Shown piece after piece: positions 18,144 to 25,746 of a stretch of DNA of 64,000 bases; the first letter of the stretch is position 1; each line of letters starts with the position of its first letter. Location: IMG/VR virus record IMGVR_UViG_3300021559_000006. The stretch is one strand, 5' to 3'. The translations under genes were made by a program, and so were the position numbers. Under the pieces are notes generated by a model that saw nothing but the letters and a program-made list of their open reading frames with translations, ran no database searches and had not been told where the DNA came from. This DNA is from an uncultured virus (IMG/VR IMGVR_UViG_3300021559_000006) (lineage: Duplodnaviria; Heunggongvirae; Uroviricota; Caudoviricetes).

Positions 18144-18784
18144 CGCGGCCTCCTGACCTTGCGGCGGTGAATGAACCCAGGCCGTTGAGCCCGGTAGTGG
18201 TGCACGCGCCGAATCTTGCGCACATGCGGCCGGTGCGCGGCGTGGTGCGTCGCCCGCTGCTTGAACACGTGCACACGCTTCTGGCCGCGGTGCACGGGAG
18301 GCCCGTGGCGGCGGTGCACTGCCCGGCCGCGCGGATGCGGAGACCGCCGCGGATGCGTACCCGCGCGGCGGTGCACACCGTGCCTGTGGTGTACGCCGGG
18401 ATGACCCTTGCGCTTGTGCTTCAGGTGGAAGTGACGGCGGCCGTGGTACTTCCGCTTGTGCAGCAGGCGGCGCTTGTGCAAGGTCCGGCGCTTGTGGAGC
18501 GTCCTGCGCTTGTGCTTCAGCTTGTAGTGACGCCGCTTGTGCGTCAGGTGGCGCTTGTGCTTCAGATGCCGCTTCTTCGCGGCATGCCGCTTGTGCTTCA
18601 GGTGGTAATGCCGACGATGTGCACGGTGGCGGTGATGCGCCGACTTCCGCCGATGATGCACACCGTGCCGATGGTGCTTGCCCTTGAGTGCACGGCTGAT
18701 CTTCGCCCGGGCCGCTGAGGACAGCTTGTGACCCCTGTGCGGATGCCGCTTGCCCGTATGCCGCCGCGCATGTCCCCAAGCCAC
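18140..18784 (-). CDS. His/Arg/Lys-rich protamine-like protein with N-terminal NUMOD3-like motif
   Basis: Fills the gap between adaptor and terminator genes exactly; GC3-biased codons (CAC AAG CGC); no Asp or Glu. Confidence 0.8.
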   Translation of the reverse strand: MAWGHARRHTGKRHPHRGHKLSSAARAKISRALKGKHHRHGVHHRRKSAHHRHRAHRRHYHLKHKRHAAKKRHLKHKRHLTHKRRHYKLKHKRRTLHKRRTLHKRRLLHKRKYHGRRHFHLKHKRKGHPGVHHRHGVHRRAGTHPRRSPHPRGRAVHRRHGPPVHRGQKRVHVFKQRATHHAAHRPHVRKIRRVHHYRAQRPGFIHRRKVRRPR

Positions 18785-18790
18785 GTCAGC

Positions 18791-19453
18791 CTACTTGCGG
18801 GTGTACGCAGCGAGGATCTCCAACGCATCCGCCCGCATCGCATCCGGATCATGCCCCGAACGCCCGTCAACCGGATCGAGCTGCTTCACAGCGATGCTCG
18901 CGGCCATGTACTCGCACGCCAGCACCAGATCAGCCGGCACCGTCTGGTAGCCGCCCGAATAGGTGGCCTGGATCGTGGTGCCCGGCGGCACATAGGTTCC
19001 AAGGGCGAAGCGGCAATGCCCGGTGTCGGCCTCGAACTGGATGTTCGTGATCGTCACTGCCTGGGAGCCGGAGTACGAGCGGTACAGCGTGATCCCCGTG
19101 ATCGCCCCGGTCCAGTACTCGGGGTACCGGCCTGGGAACTCCCTCACCCAGAAGTGCCGGGTCAGCAGCGTCGAACCCAGCGACTGTGCTCGCGAGAACC
19201 CCAACTGGCTCGTCGGATCCAGAGGCACATAGGCGTCCATGGCGTCTTCGATGTCCATGGCGTCGGCGCGCTGCGTCTCCACCAGGCCCGTGAAGGGCGC
19301 CAGGCGGCGGTCGCACGCCGACTCGCACGCCCGGGTGGCCTGCAGCATCAAGTTCGCCTGCGCCGTGCCGGAGTACCCCGAGACTAGGTTCGCGAACGGG
19401 CCTTCCGTGAAAGACGCCACGGAAGCAAGCGGAGTTGGATTGTCGGCAGCCAT
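18791..19453 (-). CDS. Head-to-tail adaptor (gp6-like)
   Basis: ATRACESACDR and TYSGGYQTVPADLVLA...ILAAY motifs. Confidence 0.82.
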   Translation of the reverse strand: MAADNPTPLASVASFTEGPFANLVSGYSGTAQANLMLQATRACESACDRRLAPFTGLVETQRADAMDIEDAMDAYVPLDPTSQLGFSRAQSLGSTLLTRHFWVREFPGRYPEYWTGAITGITLYRSYSGSQAVTITNIQFEADTGHCRFALGTYVPPGTTIQATYSGGYQTVPADLVLACEYMAASIAVKQLDPVDGRSGHDPDAMRADALEILAAYTRK

Positions 19454-19505
19454 CAGCGCCCACCCCCAATCGGATCGTCAGGAGACGGGCAAGGGTGAGG
19501 GGGTA

Positions 19506-19802
19506 CTACTCGGTGACCTCGGTCGGCGACGCCGCTGTCTTGCGGGTGTAGGCGCGCTTCTTCGGCGCAGGCGGATCAGCGACCGGAGCCTCGACCACTT
19601 CGCCCGAAGGCGCAGCCGCACCACTGTCCAGAGGCGACTCGGGGCCACTGCCGGGCTCGGGTGCCGCGACCTCGGAGAACCCGCCCTGAGGCATCGCCAG
19701 CAGAGCACCGGCCATGTCCGCGTCCACGTCGACGACATCGCCGTCGTTGTCCCACACGTAGCCGGGGCAGGACCCGGCCTGTTCCTTGCGAATGAGCGGC
19801 AT
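19506..19802 (-). CDS. Small capsid-associated protein with low-complexity tail
   Basis: GGAGG RBS; typical position after the capsid gene. Confidence 0.65.
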   Translation of the reverse strand: MPLIRKEQAGSCPGYVWDNDGDVVDVDADMAGALLAMPQGGFSEVAAPEPGSGPESPLDSGAAAPSGEVVEAPVADPPAPKKRAYTRKTAASPTEVTE

Positions 19803-19811
19803 CCCGCCCTC

Positions 19812-19991
19812 CTACTTCTCTGGATCCTTCGGCTGCTTCTTCGGGTCCTGGGCTGCTTCCCAGTCGCGGAAGAAGTCCTCCTTGTATGTCAGGTGCTTCC
19901 GGCAAATTCGGTAGCCCTTGACGGTCGTCTCGGCCTTGACCTCCGTGTTGTCTTTGAACAGACACACGCAGCACCACTTCACGGCAGACAA
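19812..19991 (-). CDS. 59-aa Cys/His zinc-finger-like protein absent from the ORF track (MSAVKWCCVCLFKDNTEVKAETTVKGYRICRKHL...)
   Basis: AAGGAG RBS, TTG start, CxxC...CxxH. Confidence 0.65.
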   Translation of the reverse strand: MSAVKWCCVCLFKDNTEVKAETTVKGYRICRKHLTYKEDFFRDWEAAQDPKKQPKDPEK

Positions 19992-20135
19992 GGGCGCTCC
20001 TTCGCGGTCGGGGTGACTCCGAGGCAGGGCGGAGGGCCCAGGCGTGAAGCCCGGGCCCTCTAGCGTCAGTGGACCTGGCTTAGGAACTCGCCGCCTATGT
20101 CGGTGACGACCGCAAAGCAGCCGTCTGACCTGCGG

Positions 20136-21497
20136 CTACAGGGTCGCGGCCACCCGACTCAAACGGCCGACATATTTCGGCCCCCGGACCGCGAGCGCAC
20201 TGTCAGTGAGGACCGCGAACGGCAGGCTGTCAGGGCTGGTGACGGTCGGAGCCAGGGGCAGGATCGTCATGTCGCGCACGTACGGGCGGACCAGGAAATT
20301 CGGGTCGCGCGGCACGAGGTACAGGTCCTCCTGCGCGTTCGCCGTACCGCGGGGCAGGGCACCGGTGTTGGTGTTCTGGTAGGCGGTGGGGCCGGTGTTG
20401 CCCGCACTGTTGGTCTGCAGGTTCGAGCCGGTGTCGATGACAGTGGTGACCGCCACACCGGTGGTGTCGAACGCGTCGATGGTGCCGAGGAGCGACTCGG
20501 TGGTCGTCGCCGTGCTGCGGTAGACCTTGTACAGGATCGGCGAGGCGCCGTCGGGCAGACCGGTCGGAGTGGAGAACGTGAGCGTCACCGTGGAGGTGGA
20601 GCCGGTAGTGACCTGCGACACCTCGGTGGAGGCGCCGATCTCCCCGAAGCGCGCCACGACCGCGGACACGCGGTAGTAGTAGGTCGCCGCAGCCAGCGTG
20701 CCACCGGTGGTGGAAGTGGCAGTGGCGACGGCACCCATGGTGTTGGTGCGCGGGCTCAGGAACGAGCTCTTGATGATGGGAATGTCACGGTACGTCGGCA
20801 CGTTCAGACCGCCGCCGACCATGGTGGTGGGCGCGGCGAAACGCTGCTGCGCCACAAACGCCTGCGACACGGCCGAGGCCATACGCGGCGACATGACCAG
20901 CATGAAGTTCGACCCGATCGGCATCGCCGCATTGGTCTCGACGAGGTCGATGAGCTGGTCGAGGTAGTGCAGCGCGAAGCTGGCGTTGATGTCCAGCGCG
21001 TTGACGTAGTTGCTGGACCCGGAGCCCGCAGTCCAGTTGGACACCAGGTAGTCCAGGCCCGAGCAGATCGGGAACTGGCCGGCGGCGGTCGCACCGTCGT
21101 TGCCCCAGATGAACGCGTTCTCCAGGGTGTACATCATCGACGTGACAGTGCCGTCGAGTTCGATCTGCCGCAGGTCGCCGACCACGTCGCGGGTCACAGC
21201 CTGGGCGAAACCAGTGACCGCGCCCACAGCCTGGAACAGGCGAATGTTGAACACAGCCTGCTCGTAGGTGCTGTTGCCGATCGGCCGGGCACCACCGTCG
21301 ACCACGCCACCGGAGTCCGGGCGAGACACGCGACGGTTGAAGAAGTACTGCGTCGAGTTCCACGCCCGGGTGGGGATCGCCGCCAGGAGCGGCGCGTAGC
21401 GGCGCTGGTACTCCAGGAGCAGCGGGTCGATGGACTTCGGGATCAACGGGGATACAGCACCCGCAGTGGTGATCGCTTCCTCGAGCTCCGTAGGCAA
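20136..21497 (-). CDS. Major capsid protein with inserted Ig/FN3-like domain
   Basis: 453 aa after protease/scaffold; ENAFIWG...GLD motif; GGTLAAATYYYRVSAV...YKVYRS insertion. Confidence 0.88.
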   Translation of the reverse strand: MPTELEEAITTAGAVSPLIPKSIDPLLLEYQRRYAPLLAAIPTRAWNSTQYFFNRRVSRPDSGGVVDGGARPIGNSTYEQAVFNIRLFQAVGAVTGFAQAVTRDVVGDLRQIELDGTVTSMMYTLENAFIWGNDGATAAGQFPICSGLDYLVSNWTAGSGSSNYVNALDINASFALHYLDQLIDLVETNAAMPIGSNFMLVMSPRMASAVSQAFVAQQRFAAPTTMVGGGLNVPTYRDIPIIKSSFLSPRTNTMGAVATATSTTGGTLAAATYYYRVSAVVARFGEIGASTEVSQVTTGSTSTVTLTFSTPTGLPDGASPILYKVYRSTATTTESLLGTIDAFDTTGVAVTTVIDTGSNLQTNSAGNTGPTAYQNTNTGALPRGTANAQEDLYLVPRDPNFLVRPYVRDMTILPLAPTVTSPDSLPFAVLTDSALAVRGPKYVGRLSRVAATL

Positions 21498-21509
21498 CGG
21501 AGTCTCCTC

Positions 21510-21594
21510 TCATGCAAAAGCCCCGCGCCGGAATCCCGGGCGGGGCTCGAAGTGATGGGGGGTCATGCGAAAGCCCCGCGCAGTGGCGGGGCTT
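21510..21594 (-). terminator. Two tandem terminator-like hairpins between scaffold and capsid genes
   Basis: AGCCCCGC/GCGGGGCT stems each followed by T runs; 19-nt direct repeat with one mismatch. Confidence 0.6.
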
Positions 21595-21612
21595 GGAGGA
21601 GGGCGGTGCTGC

Positions 21613-23295
21613 CTACTGGACGGGGGCCGCGGGGATGCCGATGGCGCCGAGCATGATGTTGGCGCGGTCGGCGTACAGGTCCTCGATGTTGTCGGGGGCC
21701 TTGTCGTTCTCGTGGACACGGAAGCCCTGACGCTGCGGGGTGCCGTATTCCTTGAGCATCGACTCGCGCAGCTCGTCGCGCTGCTTGGCGAGGGCCTCGG
21801 CGAGCTTGGCGTCCATGCTGGCCTGCAGCTCGGCGACGGTCTCGGCGAGAGCCTTCTTGCCGCTCTTCTCCTTGACGACCGGGGCCGGGGCGGTCTCGGT
21901 GGCCTTGGTCTTCTTGCCGGCCTTGGGCGCAGACTCGGAGACGGCGGCCAGGACAGGCGCCAGGTTCTCCTTGAGGACGACGCCGAAGATCGCCCCGAGG
22001 GCCTTGAGGTCTTCGTCGGTGAAGGACCGGGCAGGGGCCGCGGTCTCAGTGGTCGGGGTGGGCTCGCCCATGGCGGCCTCCTCCTCGGTGGTGGTGGTGA
22101 CCGCGCCCGTGCTGGGCGAGGGGGTCTGAGGGAGGGCTTCGGTGACTGTGCGGGCGGGCGGGGCCACGGCCTCGACGACGGGAGCGGCTGCGGTCACGGC
22201 GGTTTCGCCGGTGCCGTCCATGTCGTCGTCGGTGTCCTCGGCCGGGGCGCCGGGTACGTCGACGTCGCCGTCCATGTCCGGGTCGACGGCCTGGAGAGCG
22301 TTGATCGCGGCGTCCATGGCGGCTGCGGCGATGACGCGCAGGTCGGCCGGGTCGATGGAACAGTTCCGGATCGTCAGCGACGTGGGGCCGTTGTAGGCGT
22401 CGATGCAGAACCCTGCCGCACCGCCCGGGCCGTCGGGGTAGTACTCGCGGACGTCGGAGTAGCGGGTCGTGGACTCGTTCATGGAGCCGTCCTTGTTCCA
22501 GGTGTCGGGGATGAGCGCGGACAGCCCCATGGCGGCGGCGCGCTTGATGATGAAGGCCCGGATCTTGTCGTGGTCGGCTCCGCCGCGGCCGACCGCGCGG
22601 ATGGCCTTGCGAAGCTGTGCCTTGGACTTGATCGGGTAGGCGGGTTCGCCGTCGGCGTTCTTCATCGCCTGGCCCTTGGCGAGCGCCGCCCGCTTCGCCT
22701 TCGCCGACAGCTCCTGGACGGGCGCGTCCTCGGTGACGGCCTCGACGGTGGCTTCCATCGACTCGCTGATCGGGGTCCGGCCGCTGGTCGACTCGGCGGC
22801 GTCACCGGGGCGCACCCACGTGGCGGAGTCGACCGTCGCGCCGAGGACGCCGGGCGAGGCGGTGAAATCAACGGCGTCCACCTCAAGGTCCGAGGCTGTG
22901 CTAACGCTTTCGCCCTCATAGGTCACCGTCTTGACCGGGCCGAGCCAGTAGCCGTGGATGCTGACGGATCGCAGCGCCGGGGGCTGGCCCTTGCCAGGAA
23001 CGACGAGCGTTGCGATGTCGCGGCCGTGGGTGGTATCGAACAGGTCAGCGGCGTAACTGGCGCTGCCGTCCTCGCCAACCGTCACGCTCCGAAGGGCGCC
23101 CACTATCCGCACAGAGTCATCTCCGGCAGCGTGGTGCGAACGCATGACGATCGGCAGGCCCATGGGGTCTGCGATCCGTTCTTGCATGCGCTTGGCTGCG
23201 CTGGCGATGACCTCGCGGGTGTACAGGCGCTTGTTGCGGCTGACGCCGGGAGTGAGCATCGTCCCGGAGATCGTGGCGACCTTGCCGGCCATCAC
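21613..23295 (-). CDS. Capsid maturation protease / scaffold fusion
   Basis: GVSRNKRLY...H...SVSI.G...VDFTASPG protease motifs; internal basic domain (YPIKSKAQLRKAIRAVGR); coiled-coil C-terminus. Confidence 0.85.
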   Translation of the reverse strand: MMAGKVATISGTMLTPGVSRNKRLYTREVIASAAKRMQERIADPMGLPIVMRSHHAAGDDSVRIVGALRSVTVGEDGSASYAADLFDTTHGRDIATLVVPGKGQPPALRSVSIHGYWLGPVKTVTYEGESVSTASDLEVDAVDFTASPGVLGATVDSATWVRPGDAAESTSGRTPISESMEATVEAVTEDAPVQELSAKAKRAALAKGQAMKNADGEPAYPIKSKAQLRKAIRAVGRGGADHDKIRAFIIKRAAAMGLSALIPDTWNKDGSMNESTTRYSDVREYYPDGPGGAAGFCIDAYNGPTSLTIRNCSIDPADLRVIAAAAMDAAINALQAVDPDMDGDVDVPGAPAEDTDDDMDGTGETAVTAAAPVVEAVAPPARTVTEALPQTPSPSTGAVTTTTEEEAAMGEPTPTTETAAPARSFTDEDLKALGAIFGVVLKENLAPVLAAVSESAPKAGKKTKATETAPAPVVKEKSGKKALAETVAELQASMDAKLAEALAKQRDELRESMLKEYGTPQRQGFRVHENDKAPDNIEDLYADRANIMLGAIGIPAAPVQ

Positions 23296-23516
23296 CGCCC
23301 CCTTCCTCGCCGCACGGGCGTCGTCACGGTGGGTCTGGGCTGGCGGGGCTTGGATGCTCCGGCTGCGACGCGCAGGATCGCCGCGCGCACGGTGTCGTCG
23401 TTCTCGATCAGGTCGACCAGGAGCTCGGCGAGCGCCGCCTCGTCTTCGGCGGCCTCGACTTCCTCGCGGGTGACGATGCGACGCCGCTTCGGGGGAATGT
23501 CGTACACGGCACTCAC
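23292..23516 (-). CDS. Small hypothetical protein
   Basis: Four-base start/stop overlaps on both sides. Confidence 0.6.
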   Translation of the reverse strand: MSAVYDIPPKRRRIVTREEVEAAEDEAALAELLVDLIENDDTVRAAILRVAAGASKPRQPRPTVTTPVRRGRGR

Positions 23517-24052
23517 CTGCCCGTGATCCCGACCTGAGAGGTCAGGGCGGAGAACGTGCCCGTGACCGTCCACGCGACCCGGTACTGGCCGGCACCGGAC
23601 ACCAGGAGGTTCCCGTTGGTCATGCCGGGGCCGACACTGAAGCCGTAGGTTCCGGTCGCGGTGATCGCCGCGGTGGAGCCGACCGTGACCCAGTTGCCGT
23701 TCGCGTCCTGCTGCTGCAGCGAATAGGTGACGTTCGTGCCGCCGGTGAACACGGAGACCACGACGGACACGAAGAACGCGCTGGCGTTGTTGGGGAAGCT
23801 GCCCGCATTGGTGTTGCCGTTGGTCAGGCGCGCCCCGCTGACGACCGCTGACTCGGTGTAGACGTTGAACGCGGCCTGCGTCAGGACGTTGATGGCGCCA
23901 TTGGAGCCGCGGAGCCGGTCGAACGTCGTCCCGTTGAACACCAGCACCCCGGAACCGGGCACCGACCCGGGCGTGATCGAGTCGCCGGAGGCGACTTGGC
24001 CCATCACGTTGCCGGAGCCGTCGACCGGGGTGAACACCGGATTGGTGGGCAT
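23513..24052 (-). CDS. Beta-rich structural protein (head decoration / fibre candidate)
   Basis: GGAGG RBS; Gly/Thr/Asn-rich; within the head module. Confidence 0.65.
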   Translation of the reverse strand: MPTNPVFTPVDGSGNVMGQVASGDSITPGSVPGSGVLVFNGTTFDRLRGSNGAINVLTQAAFNVYTESAVVSGARLTNGNTNAGSFPNNASAFFVSVVVSVFTGGTNVTYSLQQQDANGNWVTVGSTAAITATGTYGFSVGPGMTNGNLLVSGAGQYRVAWTVTGTFSALTSQVGITGR

Positions 24053-24069
24053 GGCGGTGTACCTCCAGG

Positions 24070-25365
24070 TCAGGCGGGGGCAAGGATGCAGCGGCAGCTT
24101 GGATGCTGGGGCAATGCCGGGGCGGCGAAGGGGCTGTACGGGCCTTGCCCTGCGATGTCGTCGCAGCGTTGGCATACGGCGCCGTCGCCAGCGGTGATCC
24201 ATTGGAGGGCTTGGATGCCGGCGCTGATGTAGGCGGCGATGAGGCCCGCCCCGTAGGCGGCGGAGACGGCGAGGTCGACGGTGAGGGTGACGTCCAGGCT
24301 GGCGGCGAGGACCGCGGCGATGGCCGCGAGTGGATCCTCGTGGGTGTCGGCCATGGCGCGTCCGGCGCGGCGTGCGACGGCGGCGAGGATGCGGCCGAGC
24401 CAGCTGGTCGCGGTGGCCTGGGCTGTGGCGTCGGGCATCTCGGATGCGCCGAGCGTGTAGCCGCTACCGGTGGTGTCGTCGTACTCGCTGTCGTCGGCGA
24501 GGTCGGCGGTGGTGAGGTGGTGTCCGGCCTGCCAGCCCGCCGCGTAGGCGCGCTGTATGGCCAGGGCCAGCGCCGCGCGCAGTCTCTTCCAGGCCTGGGA
24601 GGTGAGGACGGCGAGGATCATTGCGGCGGCTGCCTCGCGGCGCTGCTGTTGTTGCTGGTCGAGTTCGCCGACTGTGCGCCGCCATGCCGTGAGGGCGGGG
24701 CGGAGCGTCAGGCCGTCGGCGTCGGCGCGCCAGGCGGCGAGGACGATCGCGTCGGCGGTGGCGTGCAGGGCCATGCGGCGGGCGTAGACCGGGCGCCATA
24801 CGCCCTGCGGCGAAGAGAGCTGGATGGTGGCGCTCTCGACCGTGCCGTAGTTCCGGATCGCCGCACTCTCGAATGGGGAGAGCGGGAAGTTGGTCCGCTC
24901 GTTGCCGTAGACGGCCGACACGGCAGTGAAAGCCACCGGGACGGAGGGCAGCCGATCCAGGGGAGTGTCGGCGTCCGGAGCGAGGTATTGGATCGTCAGA
25001 TGCGGCGTGTATCCGTGATCACGCGGGATCTCGACGCCCTGTGCGGTGAGCAGGTCCATCGTGTCGCGGCGTAGGTCTTCGAGGCCGGGTGAGTCGACCA
25101 GGGCGACGACGACATCCTGCTCGCCGCCAGTGAATCGGGCGTGACCAGAGACACTGGCCTCGATCGGTCCCCGACCTGCCAGCGACTGCGCGACCTTGAG
25201 CAGGGTGCTGCGGTCGACTTCGGCCGTGCCGCCGAGGTAGGCCACGGTGACGTGCATCTCAGCCGGATCGAGCCCGTCGGCCACGGCCAGATCGTCAGCG
25301 AGTTGCCGTGGCGGATAGAGGGCGATCATGCAGCCATCGGAGTAGTCGGGGCTGGCCACTGCCAC
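24070..25365 (-). CDS. 2H phosphoesterase (2'-5' RNA ligase-like) fused to a Mu gpF-like minor head protein
   Basis: HVT and HLT 2H motifs; C-terminal WITAGDGAVCQRC...PQHPSCRC. Confidence 0.85.
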   Translation of the reverse strand: MAVASPDYSDGCMIALYPPRQLADDLAVADGLDPAEMHVTVAYLGGTAEVDRSTLLKVAQSLAGRGPIEASVSGHARFTGGEQDVVVALVDSPGLEDLRRDTMDLLTAQGVEIPRDHGYTPHLTIQYLAPDADTPLDRLPSVPVAFTAVSAVYGNERTNFPLSPFESAAIRNYGTVESATIQLSSPQGVWRPVYARRMALHATADAIVLAAWRADADGLTLRPALTAWRRTVGELDQQQQQRREAAAAMILAVLTSQAWKRLRAALALAIQRAYAAGWQAGHHLTTADLADDSEYDDTTGSGYTLGASEMPDATAQATATSWLGRILAAVARRAGRAMADTHEDPLAAIAAVLAASLDVTLTVDLAVSAAYGAGLIAAYISAGIQALQWITAGDGAVCQRCDDIAGQGPYSPFAAPALPQHPSCRCILAPA

Positions 25366-25467
25366 CCCCTTGGGCTTCCGGGCGGCGGTCAGCCGATCTC
25401 CTTGGCGATCAGCGGGCCAACATCCTGCGCGCGGGTCGGGTGTCCACCGTCCATTGAGGTCACCTCC

Positions 25468-25659
25468 TCAGCAGTCGACCGGCGCGAGGAGTTCATCCGG
25501 ACGCGGCAGGCCATGCAAGGTCATGTAGGCGTGGACTTCGTCGAGGCGGTCGAACGGCCCGACGGGGCGCCCGTCGTTGTGCCGGTACCAGCGCACCTCG
25601 AAGCCGCCTGCGGCAGTGGGGTCGAGTTCGGCCGTGTGGCCGCGCAGCTGCTCGCTCAC
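25468..25659 (-). CDS. Small hypothetical protein
   Basis: AGGAGG RBS then GTG. Confidence 0.55.
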   Translation of the reverse strand: MSEQLRGHTAELDPTAAGGFEVRWYRHNDGRPVGPFDRLDEVHAYMTLHGLPRPDELLAPVDC

Positions 25660-25746
25660 TGAACCCCCTCCTGATGCGTCTTCTCGCAGTCGCGGGCCAG
25701 CGACGGCACCGGATACACCACGCCGCAGCCGGAGCAGGTCCATGGG

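Noticed and set aside
18144..18779. Ala/Gln/Pro-rich N-terminal extension of the 373-aa ORF
   Set aside because: Alternative frame of the His-rich gene; the terminator-like gene has its own AGGAGG RBS and TTG at 18143, and GC3 bias favours the His frame
20000..20120. Possible ZTP riboswitch or hammerhead ribozyme (CGCCTGGGC, CTGACG)
   Set aside because: Only fragments of the consensus are present; core motifs are missing
20097..23526. 519-aa and 653-aa + strand ORFs
   Set aside because: Antisense to the capsid and protease genes; no RBS or recognisable domains
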